NCBI GenBank assembly: GCA_040756235.1
Contig: JBFLZG010000087.1
Coordinates: 64,001 to 128,000, forward strand
Origin: a bacterium
GTDB lineage: Bacteria; Desulfobacterota; DSWW01
Reading direction: 5' to 3'
DNA: 64,000 bases
The notes beneath the pieces were generated by a model, which saw only the letters and a list, made by a program, of their open reading frames with translations, was not told the DNA's origin and did no database searches. Numbering within the stretch: position 1 is the first letter of the stretch; each line of letters begins with the position of its first letter. Below, in pieces: positions 37,456-46,218 of this stretch. Position numbers and translations under genes: made by a program.

Positions 37456-38384
37456 TTCGATCCCTCCGCAGGCATTCCACCGGTTGCGTTTTCCGCCCAC
37501 GTTTTTCCCGTCCGGACATGGGGCCCCTTCCAGCTCACGCCGAAGTTGAGGGCCGCCTTCATCTTTTCCTCGAAGGGCCCTCCGCGGAGGTTGGGGGAGT
37601 CCTCCCAGCGGACTTGGTGATAAGTAAAGTACTTGGCGAACAAGTGCGTCATTCGGGTGAAGGGCATGTAGAGCAGGAAGCCTGCGAAAAGGGCCAGCTC
37701 CAGCAGGATCGGCGCAGAGGAAGCGGGCAGGGGCCGGAACAGAGCAAGCGCGCCGGCGATCTGCCTCGAGGTCGCAAAAGTCTGATCCGTGAAGAGCCAG
37801 GCGATCAGGGCCGCAACGAGCAGGACCAGGATATAGCCCAGGTTTGCAAAATCGGCGGGGACCGTCATGGGGCGCAACGCAGGGTCGTTCGACCTCTTGA
37901 TGAGCAGCCACGTGCACCCGAAGAGAGCAAGGGTCAGGCCTGCGTAACCGACGAGGATCGTCGCGTAGAAGAGCGCTCTGCCGATGATCGAGCTGGCGTC
38001 GGCGCCGATGGACAGACCCGCCCATTCGGCCAGGCCGCCGAGGAGGAGAAGCCCGATCAGCCCGACCAGAAGATACAGGCCGAGGTGGAACGGATAGGAG
38101 GCGAACCAGAGGTTCCGGTTGTGATGGTAAACGCCTTTGAGGAGAAAAATCTCCGATGCCATGGCGGTCAGCTCGGAGACCAGGCTCTTCTTGGGGGGCG
38201 ATTTCCACCACTCCAGCTCCTCGAAGTAAGACCCGCCGTATTTGCTCTTCTCCGCCTCGTGGGCCACCGGATAGAGCTCCCAACGAAGATGGGGCGGCGT
38301 GGTGGAATACTTCCAAATTCTCGCGCCCACGGCCAGGACGCATACGACGACCGCCAGGTAAACCAGGAGCTGCACCATTGGCAT
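37452..38384 (-). CDS. DsrM/NarI-like membrane cytochrome b
   Basis: HLRWELYPVAHE, GGSYFEE, PFHLGLY, PFTRMTH; multiple TM. Confidence 0.88.
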   Translation of the reverse strand: MPMVQLLVYLAVVVCVLAVGARIWKYSTTPPHLRWELYPVAHEAEKSKYGGSYFEELEWWKSPPKKSLVSELTAMASEIFLLKGVYHHNRNLWFASYPFHLGLYLLVGLIGLLLLGGLAEWAGLSIGADASSIIGRALFYATILVGYAGLTLALFGCTWLLIKRSNDPALRPMTVPADFANLGYILVLLVAALIAWLFTDQTFATSRQIAGALALFRPLPASSAPILLELALFAGFLLYMPFTRMTHLFAKYFTYHQVRWEDSPNLRGGPFEEKMKAALNFGVSWKGPHVRTGKTWAENATGGMPAEGSK

Positions 38385-38504
38385 CTTCTCTCCACCTCCG
38401 TCTGCTTTGGTTGAAAATGCACGCCGAGAAGCCTGCACCGCACAGCTTCTCTTCCTCTCTCGAGACAGGCTGTCGAGACGGGGAAAACGTTAATTAACGG
38501 CCCC

Positions 38505-39860
38505 TCACGGCCGGATCCCCATGCGTTTCATCCTGCGCCAGAGCGTCGTTCGGTCGACTCCGAGCTCCTGGGCCGCCCGCTTTCGGTTCCATCGGTTTCG
38601 GATCAGGGCCCCCAGGATTCTCTCTCTCGCGCTTCCTGCAGCGTCGGCGGCAGCCCGTGCATGTCGGGGGCCGGGCTTCCTCATGAGGCCCTTGTGGGCC
38701 TGAGTCAACGCAGGAAGCTCCTCCGGCTTGAGCTGGCGATCCCGTGCGGAAGCATGTCCGGTCCTGAGGATCTCGTCCAGTTCATGGATGTTCCCGGGGA
38801 ATGGATGGCTCTGGAGCGCGCGGGCCACTTCTGCGTCGAATCCGCTCACCTCTTTGCCGGTCTCCAGACTGATGCGCCACAGGATATCTCTTGCCAGCGT
38901 GAGGATGTCCTCTCGCCGGTCTCGGAGCGCCGGCACCTGAATCTTGAATACGTTGAGACAATAGAAGAGGCTCTGGGGGAAGGTGCCTTCCTTGACCTTC
39001 TTTTCCAGGTCCGCCTGGGTCGAAGCGATGAGGCGGATGTCCGAGCTCACGACGCTCTCTGCCCCAGGTGGCCTGTACTCCCCTTCTTCCATCGCTTTGA
39101 ACAGACTTACCTGGAGCGGATAAGGGAGCTCTTCGATCTCCTCGAGAAAAAGCGTTCCCCGATGCGCTCTCTCGAGGGAGCCCGGCTGCCCGGCGCCTGC
39201 CGGTCCCCCGGGATGCTTCCAGGTCCCCAGGAGTTCCCGCGTGAGAGTTTCCGGGTCCTTTTCGCGGCAGGAGACGTGGCAGTACGGCCCCAGAGCCCTC
39301 CCGCTGAGCAGATGAATGGCTCTGGCCAGCTCGCGCTTCTCGGTTCCCGGCTCTCCCTGGAGAAGAACGGGCGCGTCGCTTCCCGCGAGGTCCGGCAAAA
39401 TCGCATACAACCGGGCGAGCCTCTCGTCGCGCCCCATCTTTCTTCGCAGCTCGAAGAGAATCAGCTCCTGGCGTGTCCCCTCATCCGGGTCCGTAACCAC
39501 CTGAAAGGTCTGCAGGCCCCCGATGATATTCCCTTCCCTGTCCCTGAGTGGAGAGGACTGGATCCGGATCGGAACCGCTCGGTCGGACCGGTCGAGAATG
39601 TGCACCTGGTTGTCGAAGAACTCCTTTCCCGTGCTTATGGACCGGCGGATGATGCAGCGCGATTCGCAGATCTCGGTTCGAAACACGTCTGCGCAGCGCT
39701 TGCCCAGGATATGACTCCTCCTGTACCCAGTGATCTCTTCCGCCTTCTGGTTGAAATACGTGATCTGACAACTCGGATCTACCGCGAACACGCCCTCGGG
39801 GATGCTCTCCAGGATCTGCAGAGGGCTCATGTTCTCCTTGTTGTCAGCTGGCATCGCCAA
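38505..39860 (-). CDS. PAS-AAA+-Fis sigma54 activator homolog, degenerate
   Basis: PAS with CX8CX3C; Walker A GEPGTEK; GAFTGA loop absent; LFLEEI; Fis HTH. Confidence 0.85.
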   Translation of the reverse strand: MAMPADNKENMSPLQILESIPEGVFAVDPSCQITYFNQKAEEITGYRRSHILGKRCADVFRTEICESRCIIRRSISTGKEFFDNQVHILDRSDRAVPIRIQSSPLRDREGNIIGGLQTFQVVTDPDEGTRQELILFELRRKMGRDERLARLYAILPDLAGSDAPVLLQGEPGTEKRELARAIHLLSGRALGPYCHVSCREKDPETLTRELLGTWKHPGGPAGAGQPGSLERAHRGTLFLEEIEELPYPLQVSLFKAMEEGEYRPPGAESVVSSDIRLIASTQADLEKKVKEGTFPQSLFYCLNVFKIQVPALRDRREDILTLARDILWRISLETGKEVSGFDAEVARALQSHPFPGNIHELDEILRTGHASARDRQLKPEELPALTQAHKGLMRKPGPRHARAAADAAGSARERILGALIRNRWNRKRAAQELGVDRTTLWRRMKRMGIRP

Positions 39861-39887
39861 CCTCCGGGATCAAGAGGCAGGCTGATA

Positions 39888-39903
39888 AGCAAGAGAGATG
39901 CCA
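39888..39903 (-). promoter_or_regulatory. sigma54 promoter
   Basis: minus strand TGGCAT-CTCTC-TTGCT; IHF-like AATCAGGTTCTTA at 39911-39923. Confidence 0.8.
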
Positions 39904-39991
39904 TGGATTATAAGAACCTGATTTCCTTTACAGAACAACGTATAAGCAAGAGTGACGTGCCTTTGCTGTGGCGCCGCTGGATGGCGGAATC

Positions 39992-40076
39992 TGAAACAAA
40001 TTGAAACAGGTTTACCGCCGGATGGCCTCCGAATTGCCTGTTTGACCAGCTGCAACGCCATGCAACATATGAAACA
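39992..40076. promoter_or_regulatory. candidate activator-binding (UAS) direct repeats TG(A/C)AAC(A/G)
   Basis: copies at 39992, 40002, 40051, 40061 and 40070, with 9-10 bp spacing inside each group, ~90-170 bp upstream of the sigma54 promoter. Confidence 0.6.
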
Positions 40077-40092
40077 AAGTGTTTCGTGTGAA

Positions 40093-41466
40093 TCAAGAGG
40101 TTTTCTGCATGCGCCGGATTCTACGCCAGAGGGTCGTGCGGCTGACGCCCAGCGCACGGGCGGCGGCCTGCCGGTTCCATCGGTGGCTCTTCAATGTCTC
40201 CAGGATTTCATCCCTTTCGACCTGGCGGAGATCTCTGGCGGGAATCGAAGCCGGGCTTTCCCTGGCGCCGTGAGAACGCTTCAGCAGATAGGCTGGAAGG
40301 TGGCCAGGCTCGATGACGATCCCCTTGCACACGATCGTGGCATATTCCAGGATATTCTCCAGCTCCCGGATGTTCCCCGGATAGGGGTAGGAGCGAAGGA
40401 TCTCTTCGGCCTCCGGGGAGAGGCCTCCGATGCGCTTGTTCCTCTTCTGGTTCAGGCGTTCGAGGAAATGACGGATCAGCAGGGGGAGGTCCTCGCGGCG
40501 CTGGCGCAGCGGCGGGACATCTATGTGGACCACGTGTATGCGGAAGAACAGGTCCCGCCGGAACCGCCCTCTCTCCATCTGCTCGAACAAATCCTTGTTG
40601 GTGGCGGTGACGATCCGGACATCGGCCCGCACGGTCTCGGTGCTGCCCAGGGGCTGGTGCTCACCCCCTTCGATAGCGCGCAGGAGCTTGACCTGCAGCT
40701 CCAGTGGGAGGTCTCCGATCTCGTCCAGGAAGAGCGTCCCTCCGTCCGCAAGGGCGAATCTGCCGGGCTTGTTTTCCTTGGCATCGGTGAAAGCGCCTCT
40801 CCTGTATCCAAACAGCTCGGATTCCATCAGGGTGTCCGGCAGGGCTCCGCAGTTGACCGCCACATAGGGCTTCTCACGTCGGGCGCTGAGCTCGTGGATG
40901 GCGCGGGCGAGCAACTCCTTCCCGGTTCCGCTTTCACCGCTCAGGAGGACGGGGGAGTCACTCCGGGCCAGGTCCCTCAGGTGATGGAGAATGGACAACA
41001 TGGCCGGGTCCTGGGTGATGATGTTCTTCAAGGGTCCCCGCTGCCCCTCCGGCTCTTGAGAGGCGCTGAGACTCAGGTCCCGAAAAGTCTCGACCGACCC
41101 GATCACCCGCCCGTTCGGATCCCGCAGGGCCGTCATGCTCACCGAGACCGGCAGGGGCCTCCCCCATTTGTTGCGGATGCACACCTCCAAGTTTGCCGTG
41201 CTCTCTTGACGCAGAGCGCGCTCGAGGGGGCAGTCCGCGGTTCCGCACAGGTCGGTCTGGAAGACGATCCGGCAGGGCTTGCCAAGGACCTCCTCTTTCT
41301 GGAATCCCGTGATCCCTTCGGCCGCACGGTTGAACCAGGCGATCAGGCCCTGCCCGTCCAGCGCCATCACCCCGTCCGGGACGTTGTCCAGAATCATTCT
41401 GCAGGGAGCCGGGCACTTCTTATCCCTGCACGCCAGAGCATCTTGAAAGCAGCTCGTGCCGTCCAT
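40093..41466 (-). CDS. PAS-AAA+-Fis sigma54 activator (OrpR-like), intact motifs
   Basis: PAS with CX8CX4C, GESGTGKE, ESELFG, GAFTDA, LFLDEIG, YPGNIREL, Fis HTH; start uncertain. Confidence 0.9.
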   Translation of the reverse strand: MDGTSCFQDALACRDKKCPAPCRMILDNVPDGVMALDGQGLIAWFNRAAEGITGFQKEEVLGKPCRIVFQTDLCGTADCPLERALRQESTANLEVCIRNKWGRPLPVSVSMTALRDPNGRVIGSVETFRDLSLSASQEPEGQRGPLKNIITQDPAMLSILHHLRDLARSDSPVLLSGESGTGKELLARAIHELSARREKPYVAVNCGALPDTLMESELFGYRRGAFTDAKENKPGRFALADGGTLFLDEIGDLPLELQVKLLRAIEGGEHQPLGSTETVRADVRIVTATNKDLFEQMERGRFRRDLFFRIHVVHIDVPPLRQRREDLPLLIRHFLERLNQKRNKRIGGLSPEAEEILRSYPYPGNIRELENILEYATIVCKGIVIEPGHLPAYLLKRSHGARESPASIPARDLRQVERDEILETLKSHRWNRQAAARALGVSRTTLWRRIRRMQKTS

Positions 41467-41596
41467 GTTCTCGTGTGTTGTCCGGGCTCTCAGACATTCT
41501 CGGTAACGATTGTTGCAGACTATGATACGATTTGCACCAAAACGTTGCAAGACAGGCGACGAGACGATCGAGGATCAGGGAAGCTCGGAGGTCGGT

Positions 41597-42577
41597 TCAC
41601 GTCGGTCTCGTGGAGATCCGATGGGCAGCCTCCCGGGCTGCCTCGGCCACCTCCGGATCCGGGTCGCGGAACAGGCGGGCCAAAGCTTCCTGTGCGATCG
41701 GATTTCCGATTTTTCCAAGCAGGTCGGCGATGTCTCCACGAAGAGCACTGTCGTGTGAGTCGAGAAAAGGAAGAAGCTTCTCTGCCATCCGATCCAGGCA
41801 CCGCGGGTCGGCTTCCATGGCCTCCTCGCAGATCGCCAGCAGCGAGAGCTTGCGGTTGAAGCTGGCTCCGCCGAAATGAGCGGCCAGGAAAGACGGGTCC
41901 ACGCCGCCGGCCAGCAGAAGCCCCGCCTCGGAAAGGTGCCCGTCTTCGAGCAGACACAGGACCTGCTCTTGCAGAGCCAGGGTGCGCTCTTTGCGCTCGA
42001 GAATCCTCAGCATGCGATCCGAATCGAACAAGCCGATGAACGGCACTTCGTCGACCAAGGCGGTCGGAACGGAGCGGACGCGGTGGCTTGCCGCAAGATT
42101 GGAATGCTGCGTCACATCGAGGATGTGCAAAGAGAAGCTCTGCTTGTTCAGGGCCAGGGCCGTCACGCCCCGAACGACATGGGGGCAGTTGGGGCATTGG
42201 GCCGAGACGAACAGCAGCACTTGCGCGAGCCTCCCGCCCGTTCTCCTCTTGCCGGTGCCGGAGTCTCCGGGATCCGGTTCCGAAGAGAGTTTCCAAATCA
42301 GCTCCCGGAAGGGTGCTGTTTCGTGTCCGGTGGGGGCGAAGTGGTAGTGCAGGAGCGGTTCGCCACGCACGCACAGCGTCATGGCAGGAAGGAAGGGCTG
42401 CTTCACGGGATCGCCAGGGACCGCGCCGATCTTGTGGTCGCTCTCCTGAGCCAGGTCCTCAACGAACCGAGACAGCTCCAGCTCGGCTCGTTCCGGCCCG
42501 CCCCGGCAATGAATCAGGGTGAGGGCCCGGGGTAACTCCCTCAGGGAGCGCCTCGGAGAGTGCCTCGCTTCGTGCAT
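41597..42577 (-). CDS. thioredoxin-fold (AhpF-N-like) protein with C-terminal HEAT repeats
   Basis: CPNCP, SVP cis-Pro loop, LRGDIADLLGKIG...DPDPEVAEAA. Confidence 0.75.
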   Translation of the reverse strand: MHEARHSPRRSLRELPRALTLIHCRGGPERAELELSRFVEDLAQESDHKIGAVPGDPVKQPFLPAMTLCVRGEPLLHYHFAPTGHETAPFRELIWKLSSEPDPGDSGTGKRRTGGRLAQVLLFVSAQCPNCPHVVRGVTALALNKQSFSLHILDVTQHSNLAASHRVRSVPTALVDEVPFIGLFDSDRMLRILERKERTLALQEQVLCLLEDGHLSEAGLLLAGGVDPSFLAAHFGGASFNRKLSLLAICEEAMEADPRCLDRMAEKLLPFLDSHDSALRGDIADLLGKIGNPIAQEALARLFRDPDPEVAEAAREAAHRISTRPT

Positions 42578-42648
42578 CTTTCTCAAACTCAAAGCCCAAC
42601 AGAGAGCCTTCGACCCGTCCTGAAAGAAAACCCTTAGGGGACGGGCTC

Positions 42649-43290
42649 TCAAAAATCTCGTGTCGAGCAGCCCTGGAGGGTCCGCAGGTGGCAAGTATCG
42701 TTGATCCGGCGGCAGATCCAAGTGCCCTGGTCGAAGACGAACTCGTTCAAGGCCGCCGTGTCCTGCCCGATTTGCCAGAAGTGGGAGTTGTCCAGCCCGA
42801 GCAAGGAGGCGATCAATACCTTGTTCACGACCCTGTGCGCCGCCACCAGGACGGATTGCCCCGGGTGTCGGCGGACCAGCTCCCCGATCGCCTCCAGGGC
42901 CCTGTCGCGCACGGCGCCGAGACCTTCCCCCTTCGGAAAGAAGACGTCCTGGGGCCTTTCCTTCCACATCCGGTAGAGCTCGGCGTAGTCCCGTTTGACC
43001 TCGTGGAGGGATTTGCTTTGCCACTCACCGAAGTCGATATCGGTCAACCCAGCGTGTTTCACCACCGGGATCCCGTGAGGCTCCAGAATGATCTGGGCCG
43101 TCTCTACGGCGCGGGACAAGGGGCTGCTGATCGCCGCGTGGAAGGTATCGCCCCGAAGCCAGTCACGCGCGCAGGCGGCCTCGGTGCGCCCCTGTTCGTC
43201 CAGCGGGACGTCGATCGTGCCCCGGAAAATCTCGTCTCGGTTCCATTCGGTTCGGCCGTGGCGGACGAGAACGATGCGCGTCAATTCCAT
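42649..43290 (-). CDS. histidine phosphatase family protein
   Basis: LVRHGRT, SSPLSRA, DFGEW, AH, NDTCHL. Confidence 0.92.
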   Translation of the reverse strand: MELTRIVLVRHGRTEWNRDEIFRGTIDVPLDEQGRTEAACARDWLRGDTFHAAISSPLSRAVETAQIILEPHGIPVVKHAGLTDIDFGEWQSKSLHEVKRDYAELYRMWKERPQDVFFPKGEGLGAVRDRALEAIGELVRRHPGQSVLVAAHRVVNKVLIASLLGLDNSHFWQIGQDTAALNEFVFDQGTWICRRINDTCHLRTLQGCSTRDF

Positions 43291-43324
43291 GTCTCCCGGT
43301 CAGGAGGTTGTCGGTTTTCTCGTT

Positions 43325-43462
43325 CCTTCTCCCCTCGGCGAGGGGGAGAAGGTCAGGGTGAGGGGTGCATCTGCTCCCCTCACCCTCACCCCTCTCCAAG
43401 AGGGTGTCCAAAAGCCTCTCAAGCAGAAGAGGCCTTCCTCCAGTGGGGGGAAGGCCTCCTTC
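43325..43462. repeat. BoxC-like palindromic repeat pair and hairpin after sat
   Basis: CCTTCTCCCC...GGGGAGAAGGTCAGGGTGAGGGG and its inverse CCCCTCACCCTCACCCCTCTCC. Confidence 0.6.
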
Positions 43463-43495
43463 GGCTCTTGTTCGAGCTTCACGCGCTCCTCAGGC

Positions 43496-44725
43496 TCAGG
43501 ATCTCTTGATCGCATCACCCGTAGCAGCGCCGTGAAGCTTGACTTCCACTTTTTCGTCCAGCTTCTGGTAGTACTCTTGGAGAATGACGAGCACTTCAGG
43601 CCGGGAGAACTGCTTGGGCAGCTCGCCGCCTTCAGAAAGGGTCTTTCGGACCAGAGTGCCGCTGAGCAGGAGACGATCCTCCTTGCCGTGGGGGCAGGTC
43701 CGCATGGATGCCATGCCGTCGCACTTGAAGCAGTAGAATGTCCAGTCAATGGGCAACGGCTTCAGCTCGAGGGCGCCGTTTGGGACCTCATGAAAGATCT
43801 TCTGCGCGTCGAAGGGGCCGTAGTAATCGCCGACCCCAGCGTGGTCGCGGCCCACGATCAGGTGGCTGCAACCGTAGTTCTGGCGGAAGACGGCGTGCAG
43901 AAGGGCCTCGCGAGGACCCGCGTACCGCATTTCCATCGGGTACCCGCCTTGGATGCAGGTGTTCTTCACGAAATAGTTGTCGACGAGCGCCTCGATCGCG
44001 CGCACGCGGACGTCGGCCGGGATGTCCCCCGCCTTGAGGGCCCCGAGGAGCTGGTGGATGTACAGGCCGTCGCAGATCTCGATGGCGATCTTGGCCAGGT
44101 ACTCGTGGGAGCGGTGCATCGGATTGCGCAGCTGCAGAGCCGCGACGGTCGTCCAGCCCTTCTCCTCGAACTGGGCGCGCGATTGCGCGGGGGTCTGGTA
44201 GAGCCCCGGGAACTGCTTGGGGAAGTAGCTTTCGCTCAAGACCTTGATCGGGCCGGCGATGTTGACTTCCTTCTGGGACATGACCTTGGCCACGCCAGGA
44301 TGGCCTTTGACGTCGTCGGTCCAGAAGACTTTCTTGCACTCGTGCACCTTGTCGATCGTATACTGATCCGTGACCTTCATGGTGGCAAGGATTTCCTCGT
44401 TCTCGACGTCATAGAGAGCGACTTCCTTGCCCACGGCGGCCTTGGCGTCTTCCTTGTCGGCCGAAAGGGTGATCGGGATGGGCCAGAAGGTGCCGTCCTT
44501 CATCAGATAATTGTCGCAGCAACCCTTCCAGTCGTCGTGTCCCATGAAGCCCGTGAGCGGAGTGAAGGCCCCGATCCCCAGCATCAGGACGTCTCCTGCC
44601 TCGCGGCTGGTCATCGGGATCTTCTTGAGCGTCTGGGCCTTCTTGGTTTCCTCCTTGAGGGCCTCTCCCTGCAGCAGGAGGGGTTTCAACTTCTTTTCTT
44701 TTCCATGGGGTTTGACCAACGCCAT
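43496..44725 (-). CDS. sat: sulfate adenylyltransferase
   Basis: [51 protein letters not shown]. Confidence 0.97.
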   Translation of the reverse strand: MALVKPHGKEKKLKPLLLQGEALKEETKKAQTLKKIPMTSREAGDVLMLGIGAFTPLTGFMGHDDWKGCCDNYLMKDGTFWPIPITLSADKEDAKAAVGKEVALYDVENEEILATMKVTDQYTIDKVHECKKVFWTDDVKGHPGVAKVMSQKEVNIAGPIKVLSESYFPKQFPGLYQTPAQSRAQFEEKGWTTVAALQLRNPMHRSHEYLAKIAIEICDGLYIHQLLGALKAGDIPADVRVRAIEALVDNYFVKNTCIQGGYPMEMRYAGPREALLHAVFRQNYGCSHLIVGRDHAGVGDYYGPFDAQKIFHEVPNGALELKPLPIDWTFYCFKCDGMASMRTCPHGKEDRLLLSGTLVRKTLSEGGELPKQFSRPEVLVILQEYYQKLDEKVEVKLHGAATGDAIKRS

Positions 44726-44932
44726 TCTTGTCTCTCCCTTCCTTAAGGGTGTTTCAGCGGAGCGACTTGCGGATCCGCTCAGCAACCGCTGTCTGCCAAA
44801 CGCAACTCTCCCAATGCCCGCTTTCAGGGTACTTGACTGGCAATTCTCGGGGGGAAAAACGAACGGAACATGCCCGGCGCAGGTCAGATCAAAAGCCGGA
44901 ACACTTCTCAACGTCTTTGCTGTCCGCGAAGC

Positions 44933-44961
44933 AAGCTATCAGCACCGGGCCAGGTTGTCAA
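44933..44961 (-). promoter_or_regulatory. sigma70 promoter for sat
   Basis: minus strand TTGACA-N17-TAGCTT with TG extension. Confidence 0.6.
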
Positions 44962-45061
44962 GCTCAAAACTCGTCTCCGGCGGAATTCCACGGATGCATT
45001 TGCAGGAGCAAAGCCGTATCGGAGAGCGCGGCTGCAAAAATTTCTGGCAGCCGGACCTTGC

Positions 45062-45090
45062 TTGACAGAAACTATGGGTTGTGCTAAAAA
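45062..45090 (+). promoter_or_regulatory. distal sigma70 promoter toward aprB
   Basis: TTGACA-N17-TAAAAA preceded by TG. Confidence 0.6.
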
Positions 45091-45109
45091 TGCCCCCATG
45101 CCGACCGGG

Positions 45110-45127
45110 TGAATGAATAATCATTCA
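45110..45127. promoter_or_regulatory. palindromic operator TGAATGA-ATAA-TCATTCA
   Basis: perfect 7-bp arms; identical copy at 61720-61737. Confidence 0.8.
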
Positions 45128-45435
45128 GAAGCGGACGTGGATGCCTGTTTGAACATGAAGCGAGAAGGCTCCTGTCTTCTCTCATGCCCGGGAGTTTCCA
45201 AGAGAAGCCGCAGGCGTTTCCGGTACAGTCCCGTTTTTCTGCACGCCTATTGAAGATCCGGGTCGAGGCCAGTCGGGCGAGGATGGCGAGCGCGTGAAGA
45301 GTTTTCAACGGTTGCGGTTTCCGACGTGTTCCGCCCGACAATGCTCCCCCGCGATGTCCAGGATGATCGGGAACAGGTACGGGATCGTCGGTCGTTCCTG
45401 GACTCTCTAGATTCTGGATCATGATCAAGATTTGT

Positions 45436-45465
45436 TTGACACCCATGAGCTGCATGTCGTACGCT
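45436..45465 (+). promoter_or_regulatory. proximal sigma70 promoter toward aprB
   Basis: TTGACA-N18-TACGCT. Confidence 0.5.
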
Positions 45466-45747
45466 TTTTATTCTGCCCTTTCTTTTCGCCTCCGCCGCAG
45501 CTCCGAGCCAGCGCCTTTTTTGAGAACGGTTTCTTTTCGAGCGGAAGAGCAAACAGGTGTCCGGCTGATCGCTGGGAGAAAGATCCAACCTCCATTGTGC
45601 AGACCGTCCCAGGAAAGGAGGTGAAACGGGGAGATACGCGACGTCTTTGCGTCCTCGTCGAACAAGGAAGACATCGTTTCGGTTGGGGCCCCTCTCGAGT
45701 AGGAGAGGCTCCGATTTTCTCAGGCTAAGTGGCAAGGAGGACACAGA

Positions 45748-46200
45748 ATGCCAAGCTTCGTAATCATGGAGAAGTGCGACGGGTGCAAGGGGCAGGATAA
45801 GACTGCGTGCATGCACATTTGCCCCAATGATCTGATGGTGCTGGACAAGACCACGGACCCCGACAAGCCCAAGGCTTACAACCGCGCGCCCGATTACTGC
45901 TGGGAATGCTACAACTGCGTGAAGATCTGCCCCCAGCAGGCGATCGACGTCAAGGGCTATGCGGATTTCGTCCCCATGGGTGCCAGCGTCGTTCCGCTGC
46001 GCGGGTCCGAGGACATCATGTGGACGGTGAAATTCCGCAACGGGACGATCAAGCGCTTCAAGTTCCCGATCCGTACCACCCCGGAAGGCAAGGCAGAGCC
46101 CCTGGCCGGCTGGAGCTCGGGCTCGGACGATCCCAAGAGCCCGCTTCTTTGCACCGAGCCGGATTCCCTTGGGTACCAACTCCCCAGCCTGAAAAAGTAA
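45748..46200 (+). CDS. aprB: adenylylsulfate reductase beta subunit
   Basis: CDGC...CMHICP, CWECYNCVKICP, FRNG..KRFKFPIRTTPEG. Confidence 0.97.
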   Translation: MPSFVIMEKCDGCKGQDKTACMHICPNDLMVLDKTTDPDKPKAYNRAPDYCWECYNCVKICPQQAIDVKGYADFVPMGASVVPLRGSEDIMWTVKFRNGTIKRFKFPIRTTPEGKAEPLAGWSSGSDDPKSPLLCTEPDSLGYQLPSLKK

Positions 46201-46218
46201 CTTAGAGGAGGTAGAAGC

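Noticed and set aside
35839..38343. 834-aa ORF suggesting a DsrM-DsrK fusion
   Set aside because: The upstream part is an alternative frame of the cytochrome b gene; DsrK-like start at 37455 overlaps the DsrM-like stop (ATGA)
44726..45747. Rex operator upstream of sat/aprB
   Set aside because: No TTGTGAA-N4-TTCACAA-like palindrome found by eye; a PWM scan could still find weak sites
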